Shown in pieces: positions 35,113 to 43,568 of a DNA stretch of 64,000 nt (its first letter is position 1; each line of letters begins with the position of its first letter). Made by a program: the position numbers and the translations under genes. Source of the DNA: Bacillota bacterium. Its GTDB lineage: Bacteria; Bacillota; Clostridia; Christensenellales; UMGS416. The notes beneath the pieces were generated by a model that saw only the letters and a list, made by a program, of their open reading frames with translations, did no database searches and was not told the origin of the DNA. Where the stretch lies: positions 30,219 to 94,218 of the forward strand of contig JAEZSC010000186.1 of assembly GCA_023422005.1 (NCBI GenBank). Direction: 5' to 3'.

Positions 35113-35871
35113 ATGGTTAAGAATGTTTTGACAGCGGACGTTACCATGCAGGCCGATTTTCTGGTCGCCAAAGCCTGCGCGCTATACCATGCCGTGGCGC
35201 TGCGCAACTTGGCTGTGCCCGACGTGCTGGGTGATGAGGACATGGACAAGCACGCAGCCCGCGCGCGCTTTGACGCTTTGGTGTGCGACCAGGGCGGGCA
35301 GCCGCTGTTTGCCGTGGACATCGGCGCCAAGCCCAAGGGTGACAAGGCCAAGCTGCGGGCTCGCGCCAAGCGCCGTCTGTGCCGCAAACTGGGTTTTCCG
35401 CTGATCACTGTGCGCTCGGCCTATTTGGAGGAGCCCCGCATACGTTCGGTGGTGCTGGCCTGGTGCATCGAGCTGTGGTTCACCCATGGCAAGGATGTCC
35501 CGCAGAGCATCTTCCCCTCAGATTTCTTCCAGACCATCGACGACGAGCTGGACAAGCTAAAGCGCCTGGCCGGTTATCGCAGTTTCCGCCTTTCGCTGCT
35601 GCTGGGCGAAGGGCGCGGCGAGGTCAAAGCGCTGGGCAGCGTTGTCGTGAACCAAAGCTTCGGGTGGCTTTCCAAGGGTTCGGTGGCCAGCACGCAGCCG
35701 ACGGGCTTTGAAACGGACATGCTCAAGGTCATCGTCGTGAAGGACGTATATAGTAAGTATTTAACGTGTATGGCGCGCAACAAGTATCTGAGCAGGAAGA
35801 AGGTCAAGAAGAAGACCAAGAAGTTCCGCAAGAGCGTGCAGGAGACCGGGTGCGGGTCGTTTGGGTGGTAG
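35113..35871 (+). CDS. Hypothetical protein with a DUF2726-like (PD-(D/E)xK nuclease-fold-like) N-terminal region and a Lys-rich tail
   Basis: RFDALVCDQGGQPLFAVDIG...RRLCRKLGFPLITV resembles the DUF2726 pattern (hDFvlcD...aIElD...aGiPllRv). C-terminal tail SRKKVKKKTKKFRK. Confidence 0.45.
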   Translation: MVKNVLTADVTMQADFLVAKACALYHAVALRNLAVPDVLGDEDMDKHAARARFDALVCDQGGQPLFAVDIGAKPKGDKAKLRARAKRRLCRKLGFPLITVRSAYLEEPRIRSVVLAWCIELWFTHGKDVPQSIFPSDFFQTIDDELDKLKRLAGYRSFRLSLLLGEGRGEVKALGSVVVNQSFGWLSKGSVASTQPTGFETDMLKVIVVKDVYSKYLTCMARNKYLSRKKVKKKTKKFRKSVQETGCGSFGW

Positions 35872-35923
35872 TTTGATAATTAAATTTTTTTGGGCGGCCT
35901 GCGGGCCGCTCTTTTTGTTGCGG

Positions 35924-36577
35924 CTATGCACCGATCCGCTTCATTTGTGATTTGTCTATCCTATGGATATCGCCGATATAAACAATCGATTCCCCTCTGA
36001 CGATGATTGCGCTGCCGTCGCACATCGCATAAATTGGGTGCTGCTGCGAGATGAGATCCAACTCGGCAATCAGTTCCCAGTTGTCTAGCGTAAAATGGGG
36101 CTCTATCGTTACGTCGGCAACGCCGATGCCTTCATACATAACGGTTTTTGGGGTGTACTTGTCTTTCGTGCAAAGGGATGTTTTCGCCATGTTGATGGCG
36201 CCGGCACTGATGCCCATCACGACGGCCCGCGAGTTCCGGATTGCGCTCAGGAATCCGTTGTCCTTGATGTAGGTGATCTGCGCCAGCGTATCGCCCCCCA
36301 TCAGAAAGATGCACGACGCTCGGTGAACCCAGTCTAAGGCCTGGGCCGCGTCAGCGCGGTCGTCCAGCAAGCGGTGTACAGCAAAACAGATACCGGCTTG
36401 CTCAAACCACCTTATGGTCCCCGCCATGTGCTTATCCGACTTTTCGTGCCCGAAGGGCGAGGAGGAAATAAACAACAGCATATCGCGGTTCACGATATCC
36501 TTATGGAGGTTGTCGGAAACTTCGGAGGGAAAGCCAGCAACAGGGTCGAAGCCGCTGAAGAAGTAGGCGGTTCTCAT
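35924..36577 (-). CDS. Peptidase S51 (dipeptidase E-like) / type 1 glutamine amidotransferase-like protein
   Basis: IFLMGGDTLAQ and VVMGISAGAINM (nucleophile Ser) motifs. AT-richer than the flanks. Confidence 0.7.
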   Translation of the reverse strand: MRTAYFFSGFDPVAGFPSEVSDNLHKDIVNRDMLLFISSSPFGHEKSDKHMAGTIRWFEQAGICFAVHRLLDDRADAAQALDWVHRASCIFLMGGDTLAQITYIKDNGFLSAIRNSRAVVMGISAGAINMAKTSLCTKDKYTPKTVMYEGIGVADVTIEPHFTLDNWELIAELDLISQQHPIYAMCDGSAIIVRGESIVYIGDIHRIDKSQMKRIGA

Positions 36578-36664
36578 GGTGCGAAGCCCTCCGCTTGTGT
36601 GTTTTGGTGATTATATCATATAACTTACTGCGGTGCTGGCCGCTGGGACGCGGCTTCCGCTAGG

Positions 36665-36928
36665 ACCCTCTCCTCAGACCCCCTTGCCCCGGTCGGGGGA
36701 AAATTGATTAGAGTCCGCAGGCCTGACGGAGGGTTTTGCCTCCGACCCGGCGAAAACGAACCCCCACCGGCCTGTGGACATAGCCCCCTTGTTAAGGGGG
36801 CTATGAGAGTGGCTTGACGCAGGCTAGGCAATGAGGCCATTGCCATATTTTTGCCGCATTGGAACGATGCGGCAAGCTGACCTAAATACCCCTCGCCCCA
36901 TGAGGGGAGAGGGGTCTGGGGAGAGGGT
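36665..36928. repeat. 264-nt hairpin-rich element bounded by 19-nt imperfect terminal inverted repeats (MITE-like)
   Basis: The left arm accctctcctcagaccccc matches the reverse complement of the right arm, accctctccccagacccct, at 17/19. Internal perfect hairpins include catagccccctt/aagggggctatg and ttgccgcat/atgcggcaa. Confidence 0.6.
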
Positions 36929-37212
36929 TCTTGCGGCCTGGGGCCGCATCCAGCAACGCCAATCGATAGACAGGGGGATTCTTCGCTGCGCTCTGAATGA
37001 CAGCACGAAGTGCGATGCGACACCCGGCCTTGTCATTCAGAGGCCGCGTGGCGGCCGAAGAATCTCCCATTGTGAATGCTGACATTGCTTAATAAGGAGA
37101 TTGCTCGCGGAGTTAATGCTGAGCGAAGCCGAAAGGTTCGTAAAGACACAAAGAACCATCTGTAGCACTTCGCTTTTCTGTTAAGAGCTTATTCAACTCT
37201 GAGAAAGAAGAC

Positions 37213-38415
37213 TTAGTTCGCAAACATCTCCCCCAACACCAGCGCCGCCCCCTTGTCTCCGCCCAGCGCCTGCTCCAGCCGGGTGGGCTCCAGCGTTTGC
37301 CAGGGCAGCGGCACGCGGGCGCGGGGCATCTGGCTCCACAGGTATTTCTCCACGTCGCTGTCCGGCAGGCGCTCGGTGGCGTTGGGGATCACCGCCAGGC
37401 ACGCGGAGTTCTCCGCGATGGATTTCTGCACCGGCTGGCTTAAGAGCGCGGCGATAAAGGCCGTGGCCGAAGCGTCGCGGGATTCGTCGCCGGAGGCGCA
37501 CACGGCGGCGTACTGTATGTTCAGCGTGGGCCGGACATCGCCCGGCAGCGGCAGCACGGAGTACTCAAAGGCCTTGCCCTTGGCGGCCAGGCGCTCCATC
37601 AGCGCGGCTTCCCACTGGGTGCCCAGCAGCACGGCGCAGCGGCCGGCGGCAAAGGGCTCCCGCGCGCCGTCGATGCTCTGGGAGAATACCTTGTCGGGCA
37701 ACAGCGATTGCTCCTGAAGTTCCTTGACGTTGGCGGCCTGCATGGCCAGCGGCAGCCAGTTGGCCTGCGCGCCGGACAGGGCCAGCACGTTCTTCTTGCG
37801 CCGGCTGGTGGAAGCCTGACGGCTGAAGTCCAGCAGCGCCTGCAGGTTCCAGGATTTGTCCGCCATAGGCGGCTCCACGCCCACCGAGCGGCACAACGCG
37901 TTGTTCACCAGCACCAACTGGCTGCCGGCCATCCACGGCACGGCCCGGGGCTCCCGCTGGAATGCCCCTGCGAAGGGCTGTGCCAGCGCCGGCAGCGCGC
38001 CTGCGTCCAGCGTGAGAAAAAGCTCCGCGTCCATGCCCGACCAGTTGTCCGGGAACAGCAGCACGTCGGGCAGCCGGCCCTCGGTCAGCCGCTGGCGAAG
38101 CATCTCTTCGGTCACGCTGTCCAACTCCACATATACGCCGACGTTGCGCGTCTCAAAGCGGCGGGCGGCGGCCTGCACCACGGCGGTGCGGCTGCCCCGG
38201 CCCACGCGCCATGTGTTCACCTGCCACACGTGCAGCACGCCCTGCCACGCCGGCGGCTTGGGCCGCAGCACATTGGCAAGGCTGATGCCCTGCAGCTTGC
38301 CGGGCAGTAGGAACACGCCCAGCACGATGAGCGCCGCCAGCGCCGCCGTGAACAGCGTGGAGCGTGCGAAGGCCTTGGCACCGGCCTTGTCTGCTTTGAT
38401 CCATGGAATTCTCAT
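37213..38415 (-). CDS. Extracellular solute-binding protein (family 1-like), membrane-anchored, with no cognate permease genes nearby
   Basis: N-terminal TM anchor (STLFTAALAALIVLGVFLL) and an SBP-like body (VYVELDSVTEEMLRQRL..GRLPDVLLFPDNW). No clear SD. Confidence 0.55.
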   Translation of the reverse strand: MRIPWIKADKAGAKAFARSTLFTAALAALIVLGVFLLPGKLQGISLANVLRPKPPAWQGVLHVWQVNTWRVGRGSRTAVVQAAARRFETRNVGVYVELDSVTEEMLRQRLTEGRLPDVLLFPDNWSGMDAELFLTLDAGALPALAQPFAGAFQREPRAVPWMAGSQLVLVNNALCRSVGVEPPMADKSWNLQALLDFSRQASTSRRKKNVLALSGAQANWLPLAMQAANVKELQEQSLLPDKVFSQSIDGAREPFAAGRCAVLLGTQWEAALMERLAAKGKAFEYSVLPLPGDVRPTLNIQYAAVCASGDESRDASATAFIAALLSQPVQKSIAENSACLAVIPNATERLPDSDVEKYLWSQMPRARVPLPWQTLEPTRLEQALGGDKGAALVLGEMFAN

Positions 38416-38531
38416 GTTTATTTATATGTGAAAAACACTAGTTCATTCGGTAAGTGTCTTGGTTATCAGGTGTATGTATTGGCGGGCATTCTGCCCGCAC
38501 TCATTCGTAATCACTTCATGAAAAGGGCAGC

Positions 38532-39047
38532 TTATTCACGGCAGTCTTTTTCGTTTAGCTCTTCAAGGACTTCCCCGCAAACCCTGCGGCAGATTTTGCA
38601 GCACCGTTCCCGGCATTCTTCGCGGCATTCTTCTTCGCGTTCTTCCTCTCCCAGGCTGATCGTCTCCAGGAGCTCTACGCAAAATTCCTGACAGAATTGT
38701 CTGCAGAAGTCCCGGCAGAACCCTTCACAGAAGTCTTCGTCATTCCTGTGCTCGCCACAGGCCTCCTGGCAGACCCTGCTGCAAATGTCCCGGCACCCTT
38801 CCCGGCATTCCCGCTCGCGGTCAGAACGGATTCTCCTAAAGCAACCGCAACGGCGATTCTCCTCGAACACTTCGCAGAACTCGCAGCAGAACTTGCGGCA
38901 GAACCTGGGGCAGAACTCTTCGCAGTCCACCGATTCAACCTCTTCGCATCTTCTGCCCAGGCCGTTGGCGTTTTGGAAGGCCGAGCGGCCGGATTCCGTG
39001 TCGAACCTGGCACCGTTTACCCAGCGCCCATCTTTCTGATATTGCAT
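38532..39047 (-). CDS. Cysteine-ladder protein: four (Cx3)4C blocks, 26 Cys in 171 aa, function unknown
   Basis: ATG 39047 is preceded by AAGGAGGTGA. Cys at 42/46/50/54/58, 81/85/89/93/97, 107/111/115/119/123 and 141/145/149/153/157. Confidence 0.7.
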   Translation of the reverse strand: MQYQKDGRWVNGARFDTESGRSAFQNANGLGRRCEEVESVDCEEFCPRFCRKFCCEFCEVFEENRRCGCFRRIRSDRERECREGCRDICSRVCQEACGEHRNDEDFCEGFCRDFCRQFCQEFCVELLETISLGEEEREEECREECRERCCKICRRVCGEVLEELNEKDCRE

Positions 39048-39211
39048 GGTATCACCTCCTTTCGCTCTTGCAATATATCATACGGTATATCTCCAAATAA
39101 GGTGAAATGGCACTTTCACGTATTTTTCACAATACATACATCTGTTCTCCCTAATCTAACTTTATGATTGCGTCATCGATACATAGACGATCCGCAAGGG
39201 AGGCAACGCAT

Positions 39212-39820
39212 ATGAAGGCATGGCAGCGCAGTGCGCTGGCCGCAGTGCTGATCACGGCGCTGGGGCTCACCGGGTGCCAGAGCAAGACCGACAGCCCGGC
39301 TCAAGGGAGCCAGGGACAGCCGGCGGCCATGGAGGGCACCATGGGCATCGTGACCGCCGTCAGCGATACATCCATTGCTGTCGCCGTGATGCCCGCGGGC
39401 CAGGGCGGCTTGGGCGGGCTCCGGGGTTCTGCCCGGCCGGACCGCGCCCGCGGCTCCGGCCGGCCCGACCCTTCGGCAAGGCCCAACGGGCAGGGCGAGG
39501 GCTTTGCGCCGGGCGGCCAGGTGGATACATCCGGCTGGGAGCAGAAGACATTTGCCATAGATAACAAGACAAAAATCACCCGGATGACCCGCGGCAACGG
39601 CAAGGACAACTCTGCCGGCGCCCAGGCGCTGACAACCGCGGACTTGAAGGCCGGCGACAGCGTGCGCATCACCGAGCGCAGCGGCAGCGCCGGCACTGCC
39701 GACACCATCTCCGTGATGGGCGGCTTCGGTGAGGGTGGCCCACCGGATGGCTCACCCGGCGACCAGGGTCCCGACGCCCGCAGCGGCGCCACGCCAGACA
39801 CAACATCGACCAAAGTGTAA
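39212..39820 (+). CDS. Lipoprotein (Gly/Pro-rich linker, beta-rich repeats), first gene of the efflux operon
   Basis: ATG 39212 follows GGGAGG. MKAWQRSALAAVLITALGLTGC gives a lipobox. The track start at 39164 is less likely. Confidence 0.65.
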   Translation: MKAWQRSALAAVLITALGLTGCQSKTDSPAQGSQGQPAAMEGTMGIVTAVSDTSIAVAVMPAGQGGLGGLRGSARPDRARGSGRPDPSARPNGQGEGFAPGGQVDTSGWEQKTFAIDNKTKITRMTRGNGKDNSAGAQALTTADLKAGDSVRITERSGSAGTADTISVMGGFGEGGPPDGSPGDQGPDARSGATPDTTSTKV

Positions 39821-39841
39821 AGATATAGGAGGCTACAACAT

Positions 39842-41470
39842 ATGAAACGCAAAAAGATCATTACATGGATCGTCGTGGGCGTGCTGGCGCTGGGCGTGGC
39901 CGGCGCTGGCGTGGCCTACAGCCAAGGCTTGTTTGGCAGCAGCGAGGCCAGCGCCGCAACCACCTATTCCGTGGTTCGGCTGACCACCGGCAACCTGGAG
40001 AAATCCGTGACCGGCACAGGCGCGCTGACCTCCGGCGGTACCGTCAACGAGACCGCGCCGCTGGATGTGACGCTGGACAAGGTTTCCGTGGCCGTGGGCC
40101 AGAGCGTGAAGGCCGGCGACACGCTGGCCACCGTGGACGCCGACAGCGTGACCACGCTGATCTCCACGCTGCAGACGCAGATTGACGGCATCGACACCCA
40201 GTTGGCCCAGATGACGGCGTCGCAGGCCAGCGTTTCCACGCTGACGGCGTCGGTGGGCGGCCGCGTGAAGGCCGTATACGCCGCCGTGGGCGATTCCGTG
40301 GACGCCGTGGTGGCCAAGAACGGCGGCGTGCTGCTGCTGTCCACCGACGGCAAGATGAAGCTGGACTTCGCGATCTCCGACGCAAGCCTCGTGGCCATCG
40401 GCGACAGCGTGAAGGTCAAGATCGGCTCCAAGAAGTATACCGGCCTCGTGGAGACGCTGGATGCCGCCGCCAAGACCTGCACCGTGACGCTGAGCGACAA
40501 CGGCCCGGCGCTGGATGCCGAGGCCATTGCCTATACCGGCGACGGCGACGAGCTGGGCGCGGGCAAACTGGCCATCAACCGGCCCTATCTGGTGACGGCC
40601 AGCGGCGGTTCGGTCAGCAAGGTGTATGTGGACGAGGGCGACAAGGTGAGCCAGCGTACCAAGCTGTTTTACATCGTGGGTGTGCCGCTGGGCAGCAGCT
40701 ATGACGACCTGTTGGCCACCCGCGCCGACACGTTGGATGCGCTCAACACAGCCAAGGCGCTGCTGGAAAGCGGCAAGATTACCGCCACACAGGATGGCGT
40801 CGTGAGCGCCGTAAACGTTGCCAACGGCCAGGCTGTGAAGGCTGGCGATCCTCTGGCGGCGCTGATGACCGGCGGCGCGGCCAAACTGGTCGTAACCGTG
40901 GACGAGTTGGACATCAACTCCGTGTCCGTGGGCCAGAGCGCCAAGGTGGCCGTGGACGCTTTCACCGGCGAGGCGTTCACCGGCACTGTGGAAAGCATCT
41001 CCGACATCGGCGCCACGACCAGCGGCGTCACGACCTATAAGGTCACCATTCGGATGGACGCCAGTGACAAGCTGAAGATCGGCATGAACGCCACGGCCAC
41101 CATCGTCATCGAGAAGCACGAGGGCGCGCTGCTGCTGCCCATGACGGCGCTCAACACATCCCGCGGCGCCAGCTACGTGTGGCTGTACACCGGCACGCTG
41201 CCCACCGACACCAGCCAGGACCCCGGCGTGCGTACCGAAGTAAAGACCGGCATGTCCAACGCCAACTACGTGGAGATCACCGAGGGTTTGACCGCCGATG
41301 ACCAGGTCGTCGTGGTGCGCACCCGGTCCGCTAACTCCACGACCAACGCCCGCCGGGGCAACATGGAGTTCCCGGGTATGGGCGGCGGATTCACCGGCGG
41401 TATGGGTGACGGCGGCCAGATGCCTCCGGGCGGCATGGGCGGCGGCGGGTTCGGCGGCGGCCGCAACTAA
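39842..41470 (+). CDS. Efflux transporter periplasmic adaptor (HlyD/MacA family) with a Gly-rich tail
   Basis: N-terminal TM anchor, lipoyl/barrel-sandwich segments (VKAGDTLATVD, VKAGDPLAALM), coiled-coil hairpin, and tail GMGGGFTGGMGDGG...GGGGFGGG. Confidence 0.85.
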   Translation: MKRKKIITWIVVGVLALGVAGAGVAYSQGLFGSSEASAATTYSVVRLTTGNLEKSVTGTGALTSGGTVNETAPLDVTLDKVSVAVGQSVKAGDTLATVDADSVTTLISTLQTQIDGIDTQLAQMTASQASVSTLTASVGGRVKAVYAAVGDSVDAVVAKNGGVLLLSTDGKMKLDFAISDASLVAIGDSVKVKIGSKKYTGLVETLDAAAKTCTVTLSDNGPALDAEAIAYTGDGDELGAGKLAINRPYLVTASGGSVSKVYVDEGDKVSQRTKLFYIVGVPLGSSYDDLLATRADTLDALNTAKALLESGKITATQDGVVSAVNVANGQAVKAGDPLAALMTGGAAKLVVTVDELDINSVSVGQSAKVAVDAFTGEAFTGTVESISDIGATTSGVTTYKVTIRMDASDKLKIGMNATATIVIEKHEGALLLPMTALNTSRGASYVWLYTGTLPTDTSQDPGVRTEVKTGMSNANYVEITEGLTADDQVVVVRTRSANSTTNARRGNMEFPGMGGGFTGGMGDGGQMPPGGMGGGGFGGGRN

Positions 41471-41483
41471 GAAGGGGATAGCT

Positions 41484-42158
41484 ATGATCATCATGAACGA
41501 CGTCATCAAACGCTATAAGATGGGCAACGAGGTCGTCTCCGCTTTGGACGGTGTGAGCCTGCGGGTGGACGCCGGCGAGTTTGTGGCCATCATCGGCCCC
41601 AGCGGCAGCGGCAAATCCACGCTGATGAACATCATCGGCTGCCTGGATGTGGCCGACGCCGGTGAATACGAGCTGGACGGCAAGCCCATCGGCCGCTACA
41701 ACGAGCGGGCGCTGGCCCGCGTGCGCAGCGAGAAGATCGGCTTCGTGTTCCAGGGCTTCAACCTGCTGCCCAAGCTGAACGCGCTGGAGAACGTGGAGCT
41801 GCCGCTGGTGTACCAGAATGTGGCCCACGCCGAGCGCCGACGCCGGGCGCTGCAGGCGCTGGAGCAGGTGGGCCTGCAGGACCGGCTGCGCCACCGCCCC
41901 AGCGAACTTTCCGGCGGCCAGCAGCAGCGCGTGGCCGTGGCCCGGGCGCTGTGCGGCAGCCCTTCGCTGATCCTGGCCGACGAGCCCACCGGCAATCTGG
42001 ATTCCCGCACCGGCCGTGAGATCATCGAGCTCTTCTGCAAGCTCAACCAGCAGGGCAACACGATACTGCTGATCACCCACGACAGCAACGTGGCCTCCCA
42101 GGCCGCCCGGCAGATTCGCATAGAGGATGGCCGCATCATAGGAGGGATGACCGCATGA
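41484..42158 (+). CDS. ABC transporter ATP-binding protein (MacB/LolD-type)
   Basis: Walker A GPSGSGKST, signature LSGGQQQR, Walker B ILADEPT. ATG 41484 follows GAAGGGGA. Confidence 0.9.
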   Translation: MIIMNDVIKRYKMGNEVVSALDGVSLRVDAGEFVAIIGPSGSGKSTLMNIIGCLDVADAGEYELDGKPIGRYNERALARVRSEKIGFVFQGFNLLPKLNALENVELPLVYQNVAHAERRRRALQALEQVGLQDRLRHRPSELSGGQQQRVAVARALCGSPSLILADEPTGNLDSRTGREIIELFCKLNQQGNTILLITHDSNVASQAARQIRIEDGRIIGGMTA

Positions 42159-43360
42159 TTCTGCAATCCATTCGCATGGCCTTCAAGGCCATCGCCGGAA
42201 ACAAGATGCGCTCCTTCCTGACGGTGCTGGGCGTGGTCATCGGCGTCATCGCCGTGGTTGTGCTGATTGCCATCGCCCAGGGCACCACGTCCAGCGTCAC
42301 CAGTTCCATCGAATCGCTGGGGACCAACCTGCTGACCGTGAACATCCGCGTGTTCCGCAGTTCCAACGCCACGGTGACGATGCCCGACCTGCAGAAGCTG
42401 GCGGAGGACCCGACCATCGGCGGCATCGCGCCGGTGATCTCCCAGTCGGCCAGCGCCAAGGCCGGCACTGTGACCTATGACGAGGCCACCGTGGAGGGCA
42501 CCGTGCCCGGTTATGACACGATACGCAACCTGCCGGTGGACAACGGCCGTTTTCTGACCCAGCCGGACCTGAACAACCGCAGCTTTGTGGCCGTGGTGGG
42601 CGTGGACGTGGCCGATGAGCTCTACGGCACCCGCAACGTGCTGGGAGAAACCTTCAACATGCAGGGCTATGAGTTTACGATCGTCGGCGTGCTGCAGGAG
42701 AAGGGCACCACATCCAGCGGCTCCAGCGACAGCCGCATCATCATCCCCTTCACGCTGGCCGAGCGCATCCTGTTCTCCCCGGGCATCCGCACGTTCTACG
42801 CTTCGGCGGCCTCCAGTGCCCAGGTGGACGCCGCCCAGGCCGTGCTGGAGGACTATCTGAACGGCATCTTCCCGACGACGGTCACCGTGGGCACCTCCGG
42901 CGTCACCAACAGCTCTTACTCCGTCTACAATCAGAGCGAGGCCCTGAGCACCATCAGCGACACGACGCAGACGCTCACGCTGATGTTGGGCGGCATCGCG
43001 GGTATTTCCTTGCTGGTGGGCGGCATCGGCATCATGAACATCATGCTGGTGAGCGTGTCCGAGCGTACCCGGGAGATCGGCATTCGCAAGGCCATCGGCG
43101 CCGCTCGCGGCAACATCCTGATGCAGTTCCTCATAGAGGCGCTGGTCGTGAGCGGGCTGGGTGGCCTGCTGGGCCTGCTGATCGCCCTGGGGCTCATGGG
43201 CGTGCTGAGCCAGGCGCTGGGCATGACGCTGGCCATGGGCTCGGGGGTGGCCGAGCTGGCCATTGGGTTCTCGCTGCTCATCGGCGTGGTGTTCGGCATG
43301 TACCCGGCCAACAAGGCCTCCAAGCTGAGGCCGATCGATGCATTGAGATACGATGGATGA
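42155..43360 (+). CDS. ABC transporter permease (MacB/FtsX-type)
   Basis: MacB_PCD-like periplasmic domain between TM1 and TM2. C-terminal FtsX region SERTREIGIRKAIGA. 4-nt overlap with the ATPase gene. Confidence 0.9.
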   Translation: MILQSIRMAFKAIAGNKMRSFLTVLGVVIGVIAVVVLIAIAQGTTSSVTSSIESLGTNLLTVNIRVFRSSNATVTMPDLQKLAEDPTIGGIAPVISQSASAKAGTVTYDEATVEGTVPGYDTIRNLPVDNGRFLTQPDLNNRSFVAVVGVDVADELYGTRNVLGETFNMQGYEFTIVGVLQEKGTTSSGSSDSRIIIPFTLAERILFSPGIRTFYASAASSAQVDAAQAVLEDYLNGIFPTTVTVGTSGVTNSSYSVYNQSEALSTISDTTQTLTLMLGGIAGISLLVGGIGIMNIMLVSVSERTREIGIRKAIGAARGNILMQFLIEALVVSGLGGLLGLLIALGLMGVLSQALGMTLAMGSGVAELAIGFSLLIGVVFGMYPANKASKLRPIDALRYDG

Positions 43361-43568
43361 TGGATAGGATAGACCGGCGCGGAGATGAGGGGTTCGGACC
43401 CCTCATCTCCATGGCTGGGTTTCGCGCCAGCGGGCGCGACCAAAGGGCTTTCCGGTCGCCCTTTGAAAACCTTCGGCCCCATCATGTAAATGGCGCGGCA
43501 TCCATGCAATGTGCATCGCTAAATTGCTGAGCCTTGCGGTATAATGAATCTGTCATAGAGGTGAAACC

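Noticed and set aside
36625-37085. ORFs 36625..37023, 36824..37036, 36831..37082 and 36882..37085. Similar ORFs lie at 47294..47521, 48888..49286, 51452..51844 and 55451..55874.
   Set aside because: They lie entirely within palindromic repeat clusters. Mirrored ORFs on both strands are a by-product of hairpins. No RBS and no domain-like sequence.
38428-39167. Plus-strand ORFs 38428..38691, 38697..39167 and 38785..39039, and minus ORF 38675..39013, overlapping the cysteine-ladder gene.
   Set aside because: The periodic ttc/tgc/gca repeats keep several frames open. Only the 38532..39047 minus frame has a strong SD and a coherent repeat logic.
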